Assembly: GCF_037042905.1 (NCBI RefSeq)
Contig: NC_087247.1
Coordinates: 67,394,001 to 67,458,000 of the forward strand
Reading direction: 5' to 3'
DNA from: Lytechinus pictus
Taxonomy: Eukaryota
Length of the DNA: 64,000 bases
Shown here piece by piece: positions 28,927 to 41,428 of the stretch; position 1 is the first letter of the stretch; every line of letters begins with the position of its first letter. The notes below the pieces were generated by a model that worked only from the letters and a program-made list of their open reading frames with translations, did not search any database and had not been told where the DNA came from. Made by a program: the position numbers and the translations under genes.

Positions 28927-29145
28927 GTAAGTATGAGAGTTGTTATGATTGCTTATATAAATTATTCTCCCTGAGCCAAACTTGTATTAAAATCAAATGT
29001 CATCCAGGTCCAAGCATTTTTTTTTTGAGAGATCAGGTTTGCAATACAATGTAATATCAAATGAAAACTAGTTGTGCATTGCGCGAAATTCCCATTTTAT
29101 ACGCAATGACTGATTTTTGAAAAATTTCTTGACACGTGCACAAAA

Positions 29146-30519
29146 TTAAGAAAGAAAGTAAAGAAAGAGAATAACTAAAGAATGAGCGAAATAAAGAATG
29201 AACAAAAGAAAGAAAGAATAAAAAAAAAGAAATAAAGGTTCTATTTTATTCTCTGGAATAAAAAGGAAAGAAAGAAAGTAATTGAAAAGGCATTAAAGTG
29301 TCAGAAAGTAGAAATAATAAAGAATGAAACGAAAAAACAAAGGAACGTAAAGAGAAAAAAAGAAAAAAATGAAAATAAGAAAGAAAGAAAACAAAGAAAA
29401 AGAAGGAAGAAATAAAAATTAAGGACGTTCCACAATTAAAGTGAAATCCATGTCATTTTCACCAAACTTTGCACATAGATACTTTAGAACCTTAATATTC
29501 GAAATATGCAAAAACATAGGTCCATGCGCTTGATTTTTTGCTATAGAGCTTCAAAGTTCACCTAAATTGGTGTTCTTAAAAATTGCGCATTCAAAAGAAT
29601 TTGGCATTTTTAAACCGCCCAAGATTACTACAATGAGTTTAAACCTTTATTACTCAGTCAAAATACATGAAAAAGTCATCAAATTTCGCAAAAGAGTTAA
29701 TAATTGTATCGTTAGAATGGAGAATCTATTTATAGTGCTATTTGTTTGCAATTTTAAGTTTAACAGCACTGCCAGTTCTTAAAAATGGCGTAAAAGATAA
29801 CAAAATCCCAATCTAAAAAATGTGAAATTTCAGTAACAAACTCTAAACGTACAATAAATGCTGCACTTTATTCAAAATCCATGTCATTTTCACCAAAATT
29901 TGCAGAGTTGTAAAGGAAGGTATACCGAAGAGGTACAAACATTAAAAAATAGGGGTTCATGTGCTTGCTTTTAAACTATCAGCATTTTTATTAGAGCAAA
30001 TGTGCTTTTAAAAACACCAAAAATGCGCCGAATACTTTGTATCTATGTGAAGAAAAAATCAAAACCGCTCTACCATTTATTCAAACTCGGGGTAATATTC
30101 GTGATTCTTGGCAGCACTGCAGAGTAAAGTATTTTGAAATTGTAGATAATTTTTTTTTAATCGTCCATGGAATAATTCCACTTTTTAGCTTCATGAAATA
30201 ACACATCGGATCTGCAGTTAAAGTACAGAAGATGAGAAAAATCAGCTCATACCCGCAGCTAATTAATCACCTGTTCATCCATTGTGACGTCAGCGCGCAG
30301 AGTGTAAACTATGCGCAGATCATAATGCGCACAAACATAACTGTGGAACGTCCTTAAGGGAAAGAAGAAAGAAAGAAAAAATGGAAAATAAAATGAAGAA
30401 ATAAAAAAGGAAGAACAAAAATAAAGATTAAAGAATGAATGTAAGAATGAAAGATAAAGAACAATAAGAAGAAATAAAAAGATTACAAAATATAAATTGA
30501 AGAAAGAAAGAAAAGGGGA

Positions 30520-30563
<44 letters not shown>

Positions 30564-30835
30564 AAAAAAAAAGGAGAAAAGAAAGACAGAAAGTTATAAA
30601 GAATGAAAGAAAATGAGAGGGTTAAATAAAAAAAGGAAGAAAGATGAAGAATAAATGAAAGAAAGCAAAAGAAAAATAAGGAAGAAATGAAAAGAATGAA
30701 TGAATAATGAAAGAAAGACAGATAGACAGAAAGGAATTAGAAACAGAGAAAATAAGGAAAGAAATTCAAAAAAATTATAGAAAAAAGAAACGGGACAATA
30801 TAAAGCGTGAATGAATGAAAGAAAGGATGGAAGGA
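29146..30835 (+). repeat. Long purine-rich (GAAA)n-derived low-complexity tract, split by a transposon
   Basis: Degenerate GAAA/GAAT repeats at 29146-29420 and 30358-30835, with perfect (GAAA)n at about 30518-30565. Confidence 0.9.
29423..30353. mobile_element. Kolobok-like non-autonomous element
   Basis: TTAA|GGACGTTCCACA ... TGTGGAACGTCC|TTAA: perfect 12-bp TIR, TTAA TSD, RR...YY termini. Confidence 0.88.
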
Positions 30836-31350
30836 ATACTCGTTACTACCAGTGGCTGTCGATTTTGAGCAAGAAAGAACGCGGCCATCATTAAAAGTGA
30901 TAACCCTAGCTATTATAAATATTATCCTAAATATCGTAAAAGATAAGAACGTTTTCAAAATACCACTTTACATTCTGTCCTTCATCTTTTAGCGCTTTGG
31001 TATTATATGCGCAAGTTATAAATTTATGCACTTAGCAAGAAAGAAAGAAAGATTTAAAAAAGATAAGAACGTTTTCAGAATACCAATTTTAGATCATGAC
31101 ATAGATAAGAACATATTTGAGATAAGAACGTTTTCAGAATACCGCCCCTGGAAACTAAGAAAAAAAAGGAGCACTGGAAATCCCCATACACCGTAATTCT
31201 AATGCTTATTGAATGTTGCAGAGTTAGGCAGTAAGTTGTGAAAAGTAGCCCATGAAAATGAAAAAAAAAAATCTGATTTTAAGTCAGAATATGGATCATA
31301 TAAAATCATTATTCAAGGCATATTTAATGTCCACTTATTAATCAAGTTAA

Positions 31351-31921
31351 AGGGATCGTTTAACTTTGTGAGCAGCTGATTAAAAAAATTCTCAAACTGA
31401 GTTGAAACGTGCGTATGAGTGCCTGTATTTGTCCTAAAAAACCCTGAAACAGACCACAATATAGGATGAAAAACTCTAATTTAGATACAAGTAGTAATTT
31501 ATTAGCCTGATTTTGAGAACCGTCTAGTAGACGGGTTCAGCTTATGACCAGTTTTCTCCAATTGAAAAAGTCCGTTTGCTATTTTGACTGCCTTCTGTTG
31601 TGTGTATCTCTTATACACACACTATTAGCTGCACTGTACATTCAGAGTATACCTTGTACACACTGTATGTAGGTCATGCTGTGTTCATCTAGAATTAATG
31701 TGTTGTGGTGCACAGATTCCCTGTATACACATAGTCATTGAAACCAACTCCCAATTATTTCAAACTTTGGTTCACATCTCCAAGGTTTTTAAATTGATCC
31801 TGTAAATATAATTCTTTGAAACTTTTGGGATGGTATTTTTACACTATAAGCCTAATGTTTAGCCCATTTTCAGGAACCAAAAGGAGAATTTTTTAAATCA
31901 GAACAAAGTGAAATGATCACT
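31351..31921. mobile_element. Kolobok-like MITE (diverged)
   Basis: TTAA|agggatcgtttaactttgt ... acaaagtgaaatgatcact|TTAA. Confidence 0.7.
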
Positions 31922-32002
31922 TTAACCTGGTGGGTGTTTCATAAAGCTGTTCGTAAAGGGTAGAAGAGTCAATCTCAGTGACTGGTTTATTACTGAGGTC
32001 AA

Positions 32003-32584
32003 AGGAGAATGAAACTCTTGGAGCAAGTTAGCTTTTGTGAAAGCAGAAAAATCAAAGAATAAGATCAACAAAAGTTTGAGTAAAATAGGACTAGCAATAG
32101 AAGAGTTATGAGCATTTGAATGTCGAGATCACTAATGCTATGGAGATCCTCCTATTGGCAACGCAACCAAGATCTATGATATCACAGATGAACAACTCTC
32201 CCCTTTTGGACACTGAAAATATACCCCAAAACATCTCTTTTTGCTCATTCTAATCATGACAAACGATTCATCAATGATATAATGTTGTGAAACCTCTGTA
32301 CTTGTCCTCTCATAAAGAGAACACCTCACCTTGTGATAGATTCTATAAAAGTGAGAATATAAGTGAAATAAGTACTAAAGCAATGAGGGAGTTGTACGTG
32401 TGTGACATCACAGATCTTGGTCGCATTGCCAATGGGAGGATCTACATGGCATTAGTGATCTCAATATTCAAATGCTCATAACTTTCTTATTATTCATTCA
32501 ATCTTCCTCAAACTTTCAACAATATGTTTCTTTGATTTTTCTCTTTGATATGGATTCAGCTGGTTTCAAGGGTTTCATTCTCCT
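32003..32584 (+). mobile_element. Kolobok-like largely palindromic MITE (copy 1)
   Basis: TIRs aggagaatgaaac and gtttcattctcct; flanks TCAA and TTAA; long internal inverted arms; inverted copy at 61261-61844. Confidence 0.92.
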
Positions 32585-35500
32585 TTAAACTGTTCATTGC
32601 ACTTGTACTGGCGCAAACTTAATTGTATTCATTTATATATTGGTGCATACTGTACACATTTTGCAAAGCAGCATAGGATTACCAAGGTCAAGTTACAAAT
32701 AGTTTTATGTAGTATAAAAATTACTAATGTATGTATGTAAAGCATTGCAATAAGAAATATAACAGCTATATACATGATAGAAGGAATTTATGTTCATCAA
32801 AAAAATGAGAAGATCTACCTGCAGGAAATCTAAAAATGCATGGATGAATATAGTTATGAATATAATATATACATTAATTTATCAATGTATCTGATTTATA
32901 CTTTTTATGGGAAGTCCACCTCGAAATGTTTTGCTTGAATAGGAGCAGAAAAATATGTGGGAAAGGATAGTGGAACTGTGTTCCTTTTCAATTCAATTTA
33001 ATTCAGGTTTATTGTTAAAAAAGAAATAATAATTGGCAGCCAAAGACTGAATTGTACATGTTTACACAATGCCAATACATAAAAATGATCAAAATTATTA
33101 AGATTAACAATGAATATTCAAATTAAAAATACATATGTGGAGTTAAAAATGGAGTTAAAAAGGATTGAAAAAATGATAGACAACACAATATTGCACATTT
33201 ATTTCACAAATTGCAAACTTATTTTTTCTCAATTTCTTAGTGAACAAACTTATTTCCAGGTTGATTTTTTATTTTATGTAATTTGTTTCACAGGCTAAAT
33301 TCATTACACATCTGTACATTATCTAAATGTTTTTAAGAAATATCTAAATTTAGTTTGTAAATCTTTGAGCCATTCATATTATATTTTTGCTCTAAATGAA
33401 GTATTAAGTCTCTGAAATATATCAGCATAATACATGCAACTTTGCACCAAATTCAAATAATTCAAGAATGCTTTACTGCAGTAATCTGTTAGAATCTGGC
33501 TGTTTTCTAGTCTGTACTGCTTGCTCTTTACAGACATGTGGGAGTGTTGATACAGTCCCACTACTGATAGATGCTCAACCAGCTGTGTTTGGGTTTTTAC
33601 TTGCTAAAGATGGCCAGAATAGTCTCTTCTTCTTTCTCTCTTTCTCTTCCTCTATCTCTCTCTGGAGGGGTATTCCCCTATGTTTGTGTTTTGATTCTGT
33701 ATCACAACATTGGGGATATGGCACCCATTGACAGTGCACCTGTGACTGGGTCTCACTCCTTACCATCCATGTGTTAGTCCCACCTGCTAGCATTCTATCT
33801 CCTACTGTATCACATGCTATTCCAACCAGTCTGTTCACACATGAAAACTGCAGCCTGAAACTTGATATGAAATTTATAAAGTATCAGTGTCTAGGTAATT
33901 TGATGTTCAGACAGCACTAAAATTATCCTGCTAATGGAATGAGCATTGCTTGGATCTACTCTTTTAAACTATACATTTTTATTTTAGCTCTGACCTACAC
34001 CTGTCAGTTAACTATCTAAGAATTCATTTTTAATGCCCCAAACCCTTTCATAATAGTACACTTTGTCCCAAACACCTTGGCTACACATTTATCACATAGA
34101 TCATAGATTTAGATGTACCAGTTTTGTGTACCCATAAAATTTTAGTGTGTGTCTGAACACAAAGTTACAGACTGTCCTGATTGCTAATGAACAGTATTAG
34201 AATTCCACCTGTTTCATTCGCCTCTCAAACTGCTGCTGGGCTGAAGCAAAAAGTGAACATATTCCATGCTGTTCAAAAAAAAATAGAAGTAGTTTTTTAT
34301 ATATATTTAAAACAAATGTATTTATCTCTTTGATGTAAATTTTCTCCCAGAAATGGTTAACCCAGTATATGTACAAATAAATAGGCCAAAGAAAGGAAAA
34401 TATAAGAAACATCTGTTTCAAACCTATAAAAGGAATTATGCAATTGTGTTTGTAATTATATACATAATAAATAGCAACGCATGATTTATATGGAGTAATC
34501 CATTGTCCATTCTCATTGACATGATGAATGTATATATGAGCCTACTACAGTGAAGTTTAATGTTACCCAAAAAGACAAACACAAGCCAGATGTTAAATTT
34601 CATTTTTGCAGTTGACTGGAGTACAGTGTAGCACTGAAAAAAGGGGGATGGGCTTACGTGTATATTGTCTCTATCTTTGGAAAGAGCCTTCTGTGAGTTT
34701 TCAACTTTAACAAAACAAGAAGAAGAAACAATGGTACTAGCAGATTTTATCTTTTTCCCCCTTTTAACCAATACCCTGTATGTTACAAGACAGTTATACT
34801 TGTAGTTTTTACTATGAGACGGTGGTAGAAATCCACATTATGGTAAAAGTTATACTGGTACCTGCATCTAATTGGGGGGGGGGGGGATAGTTAAAGAGCA
34901 CATTCTTTTCCCATATTTCTGACCATTCACTATCAAATAAAAATTCTAAATCTGTGAAGTGATTTTATGCTTAATTAGATGAGTTCTGTGACATGGACAC
35001 ATTAAGATATGAGCTTTGAAATAAAGAATGCTGTATGAGGGCAGATACTGTCATTAATGTCTTGTATTGATACACATCAAAGTTCTTGAAAATAAGCAGG
35101 GAAGTAATGCCATGAACTATTATGTTACAGATATTGGCCTAAATATTATTGATGCTCAGTTCAAATAGTTGTCAGTAAGATTGTCCAGGCTAGGTAAATT
35201 TTCTTGACCAATGATGAAGAGTTGTTTGTTTGGTCAGACCGCATGTGACATATCAATCTCTATTTAAATCACAGACCAGCTCAACAGATTCACAGGCGAC
35301 TCACTAGATTAGTCCAATAGTTCATTGCCCTTGTACTGGCGCAAACTTAATTGTCTTTCCCCCTCTTCCCGACATGTAGGACCCATTCATTACTGTGAGA
35401 GAGTTGGCACTATGTTCACTATGATTCACTTTGATCTAGTAAACCAGTGAGGTGATTTCAAGGGAATGTAATTAATTGATATATCAGTGATGTCCAGATT

Positions 35501-36622
35501 ACATTACATTAGTAGCTCTCACTTCTTGGCACAAATTTTCTGTATTTAATTATGTAAATCATTCAGAGAAAACAAAAGAGTATTAAATGAGTTTCTTCTT
35601 TTGTGCCAATGTCCTTATTTATGAAGCTAAATCTTGCATTTAGAAATTCCTTTTCTTTCATAAAGGAAAATATTGTCCAGAGCAAATGGATGTTGTAAAC
35701 TTGGATTGATTTGAGTGCTTTGTTAGAAGGTCTTTAGCTTTCATATATAAGTTTAATCTGGCTAAGATGAAGAGAATGATGATTGGAATGTAGATGGATG
35801 CAAAACCTTGCAAGAAGTTATTATTCCAAAGTTATACTTGCAGCATTGCAAATTTGATATACAGAAACAAACAAAATTGTGCATTTTTATATTTGTTTTT
35901 AAGAAGCTTCAACCTATTTACAAGTTTGGCTAATTTCTCAGTGCAGGGTATTAGTATTCTTGATTCACAGTTATGCTTCCTATAAACCTGTGGTTGTTTG
36001 TCAGTACATGTTCCCTATGTATAGCCCCATGTTACTATTCCATTGCTGGAGGCGTGGATGACAGCTTCAACCTTCTCTCATGTTGAGAACCTTTGCCTGC
36101 ACTCTGGCCGCAAGTGTAAAATGCTTGGTGCCAGTCAATTATACCAATTTCTCTTCCCCCCTCCATAACGATCGATTGTGAGAAGCTGGCAAGGGGGAGA
36201 GGAGGATAAGATTCAATTTTGGATGGCCTTTTTGTTGCGGGCGGGCGATTGTTTTGCATGCGTAACGAGATATTAGAAATGGAAGGAGGATCTGCAGATT
36301 TGACAAGTGTCTCTGGTATGGTGCATACCCCCAGGCCGCTCCGAGCTTCGGCTTTTCTCCTACTCACTCAGCCAATTCTTGGGCTTTTTAGAAGATAAAA
36401 TATAGAAGTGACAAATTGCTTGAGGTGCTTGCCAAATTGTTGCCTCATCCACATCAAACCCAAATCAATTAGAGTAAGGGACGGGGGGGGGGGGGGGGGG
36501 GGGGGGCAAGAAAAGGGGCAGTTAGATAACAAGGAGGTAGTGACATAGCTTTAATGGTTAATCATAGAACGTTTAATTTTCATCTTGCCATTTCAAACAA
36601 TGAACAATGAAATACATAAAAT

Positions 36623-37338
36623 ATTCCCTTTCAAACTGGCCTCTTTATTTTTACGTGCGAACTTCACGGGCAAACTTCTCCGGCAGGCATTCCTCACTTC
36701 CCTGGCAAAGAAAAAAAATGTACCCTTTCTTACTGACATTTCTTCCCCGGTGAAAGTTGACGGGTGATTGGCTCGAGTGGAAGTAAGTGCAGACCGGGTG
36801 TCAATGAAAGCGAACGCTTTTTAATTTGAATTTTAATTGTACTCTTTCCTTATTGGTTGCAGATACCTAATTAATTCTATCAGTGAAGTTATGAAGATGT
36901 ATTTTGATATTTTAAGCGTATTTTCAGCATGTAAAATATAAAATAACGCTTTTATAATAAATATTGTTAAAGAAAAAAAAATGTATGTTTGAGTGTGTTT
37001 AACTCTATGTAATGATCGAATCGCACACAAAGCGTGGCCTTCCACATTTAGCCATCAAAATAATAGCTAGCTATTAGTGGAATCTCAGTTCAGCGGATTT
37101 TGGGGAGAAAAAAAAAAGAAGAACTGACGTCGTTAAAGAAGAGAAGTTCTCCGGTTAGCTTTCATACGGGCCGTTTCACTGGTGAACTTCGCTGGGGAAA
37201 CAGTTTCACTGGGGAAGTTCTCTACCTCTCAAGGTGGAGAACTTCGCCAGCAAAGTTCTCCTGTGTACCTTTCATACTGGACACTTTCCTCTTCGCCGGC
37301 GAAGTTCACCAGGGAAAAGCGCAGTACAAAAGGGGTAT
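36623..37338. mobile_element. Harbinger-like MITE (diverged)
   Basis: Ends attccctttcaaactg and cagtacaaaaggggtat; many internal gaacttc/gaagttc and ctttcatac repeats. Confidence 0.6.
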
Positions 37339-37929
37339 TATTAGATCTTATACACCCCTATAAGGTTGATTTATAATTTCCAGCCTCGCGACACAAAATA
37401 TGGTTTGTAACAATGTTTGCAAGGGGGGTGATTCCCCCTCAAAATCATAATGAATTTATAAGTTTAATTTATAAGTTTAATGTTTAAAAGGTATTTATTA
37501 GTACTAAGCTGAAGTTCATTGATGAGCAAAATATAAATGCCATTTATGATGACAGGTAGTTAAATTCAGCATTTACCACCATTTTTTTTATACATCTATG
37601 GTGAGATGATGAATCAATACACTTTATAACTATAAAAGAAAGTCAATTAACATTATAATTTATGGTAAACAAAGAGTTGTAATTTTGGGCAAAATAATGA
37701 GAATTAATTAGTGTGTTTCATTAATTTTCATAAAACAGCTGAGCCCACTTTGTAATCAGAAGAAAAGTAGATGGCAGTAGCAGAAATTGTAAACAGTTCA
37801 CCCCATTGAAAAATCATCAGAAGATCATGAAAAGATAACAGACAGAAAAATGGGAAAGGAATTTTTGACAAATATAAAATACAAATGTAGTATTTAGTTG
37901 TCATGATATTGAGTTTTGCTTAGGCTTAG

Positions 37930-38330
37930 AAGGCGGTGCTGCACCATCCCGAGTTTGATCAATCTCGAGATTTTAGCCCGATCGGCCCTCTTCGCGATTA
38001 ATCTCGATATTCAAGAAACCTCGTCTCCACCATCGCAAGAAGAGCGATTTACTGCTCGAGCGAGGCATCGATGCATTATGGTCTGACGCCGTAAGTAAAT
38101 AATCCAGAGTGCGTCTGTACCTACTAATTAGCGCGATAATTCGTAAAATAGCGCGCCATTTTGCAAATAATCCCAAGTTGACTTGGGATTGCAATCTCGA
38201 GATTAATCCTACGAACTAGCGCGATAATTGCGTCTCCATTGCAAATAATCTCGGGATTGTTCAGATCGGGATAATTTGCCGGATCAGAAATAGCGCGCTA
38301 ATTTGAAAACTCGGGATGTGCAGACGGCCC
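37930..38330. mobile_element. Harbinger-like MITE
   Basis: Ends ggcggtgctgcaccatcccgagttt and aaactcgggatgtgcagacggccc; TAG on both flanks; CpG-rich with tagcgcgataatt repeats. Confidence 0.75.
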
Positions 38331-38454
38331 TAGAGAGTGCTTTCATAAAGCAGAATGAAAATGCATGATTACAATAGAGGAAGACTCTGGCAGTTATCTA
38401 TCTTTTTGTATGTTGCTTAGTGAAAATATAAATGTATATATAGAGACAAATGGT

Positions 38455-38580
38455 CAGATAGATGGATGAATGGATGGATTGATAGATGGATTGATAGATG
38501 GATAGATAGAAAGATCGATAGGTTGGTTGATAGATAGATAAAAAGCCAGATGGATGGATGGATGGATGGACGGATAGATT
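38455..38580 (+). repeat. (GATG/GATA)n compound microsatellite
   Basis: Direct inspection. Confidence 0.9.
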
Positions 38581-39832
38581 TATCTCCCTTTTTTGGTTCC
38601 CTGAAAGAATTCATACATGATGAACTTAATTTCAGAAAAATGTGCTTTCAGTATAAAGATTGTAATAAAACTGGTGATTCAAGAAGTATGTTTCATAAGA
38701 TAGAGATGAAATGCAGGTATAAGAATGGAACACCCTTATATCAAATTTTGAATTAATTTAACTAGTGCCCAATCTATAGGTTTGTAAGAGCCTGGGGCCC
38801 AAATGCAATAAAAAAGATTTTTATTTTATGAGAAGAAGCACGTTCCTGCTCTTTTTTCGAATCTCCATTTTCCATCGTTTTGTCCTTCAGTTCCCTCTCT
38901 CTCTTAACGTCTTTCTGTAAAATCAAGTGAAAAGGAGTCATCTTATTGGCCAACATGTAACAGGGAATGGGTGTAGGTTATAGGCTCAGATTTTTAGAAT
39001 TCTTATGCAGTCATTTGGGGTCGATGGCACCCGCTCCCTGTGCTCAGATTTGTTCTAATTTCTGCAATACAGTAATCAATCAGTTTATTTGATTAGTGGA
39101 AGATGCTGCACGTTTGAAGCGATATGAGAGAGACTGATGTAGCTGTTTGTATTCACGGCACTACTCAACCTATGAAAGTGCACCAATAGTCATTTTTTTA
39201 AACTACAAGTCTTTTTCATTTCATTTTTTTTTTGGTGCCATTCTCATTTTCCTGTGCTTGCACACAGTATCGGCTGCATTTCCCAAATGTTATAAACATG
39301 TACAAAGTTTTAAAGAGTGAAAGGTTTAGCTGTGAGTGCAGATGTCAGAATATAAGTTCAAAGGAAAACAAATGAAGTGAACTGGTGAACTAGAAATAGC
39401 CATTATACTTTATCTATATTTATCTCTATATTATCTTATAGGAGAAATTAAACAATTCCTTTTTTTTGCAATCTTCTTTAAAAATTGGGGAGTGTCGTTC
39501 AGGTTGGAACACAATTTCAAATGATTTCTATGAATTTATGTATACTGAATATGAACATACTATCCTACATATTCAAATTTAAAGAGAATGAAATGTTCTC
39601 CCTTTGAATTTTACCTCTTTAAACTTAATTTGTCTAATTTTATATTTTCTGCACTCTTTATATTGCCTACGTGGAAACAAAATTACTAAGCATAATAATG
39701 ACAAAAATAGATTATGTAAAAAAGCCCCGTTACTATATTCAATTATACTTCTGCTGATTTTAGATTACATTTTAAAACTCTCTTCTTTCTCTTTTCACAA
39801 CCCCCCCCCCTTCTCTCTCTCTTTCCAAGCAG

Positions 39833-39920
39833 GTGTATTCTCCAGGTGCAGAAGACTATCATTCAGACCCTAATTATTCATCGCCTAAACCCCCTGGCAT
39901 GTATCCAGAATATTTCATGG
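39833..39920 (+). CDS. TCF12: E-protein coding exon VYSPGAEDYHSDPNYSSPKPPGMYPEYFM
   Basis: Acceptor ctctctttccaagcag, donor G|gtgagt; 88 nt, phase 0->1. Homologous to TCF4 [23 protein letters not shown]...FFMQ. Confidence 0.92.
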
Positions 39921-41428
39921 GTGAGTACCTTTAACCTTGAATATTATAACCATTTTATTTACATTTAATTTTATTTAAAATAAACATCAATTGTGTAATG
40001 ATGCAGTGCCTCAGCGTTTACAATGTGGTGCTCTCTTATCTTTTTTTTGCTAATTCATTTTTATGAGGAGTTATCTTAAATTGCACATTAAATATGAGAA
40101 AAGAAGAGAAGTTTGGGAGTGAAGTTTTCTCTGACTTTCCTTCTAAGAAGATGCCAATCAAAGCAAACTGTTTTGTAAAATGGAAGAGCATCCTACTATA
40201 AAATCCTGACATATTTGTTAAAGAGAGGAAGAACACACGCCATGAAGATAACAAACCAGCTCATCAAAATACATGTGATAATGATAAAGAAAGAGATGCA
40301 CTAACGGCATGAAAGTGATCTGCTCCTATGTGACAGAGCCGAAACAAAAACCAGCTCCCGGGACAGAGTCGAGGATCAAACGAGGCAGGTGTTTGGAAGA
40401 AATCACCCCGCGGGACAATTTATTCAGACCGGAGAACGAGCACGAAAATGACTACTTGTTGCTGGAGTGCTCGCCATGGGATGAAGTTTCCAATCGATGG
40501 AATTCAGTTCTTGATTTCAACCAATTTTCATGGAGAGAAGGAACTAGGGTAGGGGATGAAGAGGGATGAAGATGTTTAAACGGATGTGGAGTGGATTTTT
40601 ATTGGTTTGTGGGAATTTCTGAGTAATATTTTGATTGACAATGCTGTTAGGCATGAAGTATTATTGACGTATCATATCTCAGGGATTTTTTCTTTCTTTT
40701 CAAGGTCCCTTTTTTCAATCTGGAAAGTGATAATATAAATTTGAAAGTAAAATCGTCTAGGATAGATGATTTAAGACATCTTTTTCTCCAACAATATATT
40801 CCTTTCTTGTTTGATGGTGAATTATAATTGAATAGAGAGGGTATTACAGAAGTGACCTGGGTAAAAGCAGAATATTGTCAAAAGCGTTTTTCAAGCAGCC
40901 TTCTTAGTCAGTGGACCTTTACATTTGTTGATAGATGCAAGTATCTGGTAAATAGATTTTGTTTCCATGGTTATGTATAGTTGACAGATGGTAAGTTACT
41001 TGCCTGGTATGAGATACTGCTGCTGCACTGCCCTTTGAAAGTAACAAATTCAGGATTGAGGGGAATGGGATGTAGTCCTTAGGAACACCAAAACAAGGCT
41101 TTATTGTCTGGAAAGTACATCCATATTTCCATTCTTCTCTCAAGTGACATACAGAGATTTTCAGAAATTATGGAATACTTTTGTAATGAATTTTACAGAT
41201 TTCAACATTTTCTGATTTTAAGTGTAGAGAGGATATATCATAAAGTTTGGGTCCTGGAGAGCAATTAATTGTTTTAAGATTATATGCTTAGTGTTGGCTA
41301 TTTTTCTCTATATTTTTGATGGATTGAAGAGGTTTTTTTTTTGCTTGTGATATCTATGCAATATTCTGGGCAACCTTTAGTTATTTTTTAAATGCCCCTG
41401 TCTTTTTTTCTCTTTTTTGTTGTCCTAG

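Noticed and set aside
33468-33838. Overlapping ORFs including MAPIDSAPVTGSHSLPSM as an alternative first exon
   Set aside because: The only plausible donor (gttagt) is phase 1, which does not fit exon 39833, and joining to 41429 creates TAA. The region may be regulatory.
36483-36506. Poly-G runs (also near 10697, 17432, 34875, 47322) as G-quadruplex elements
   Set aside because: Homopolymers are frequent in this window and their lengths are unreliable in assemblies.
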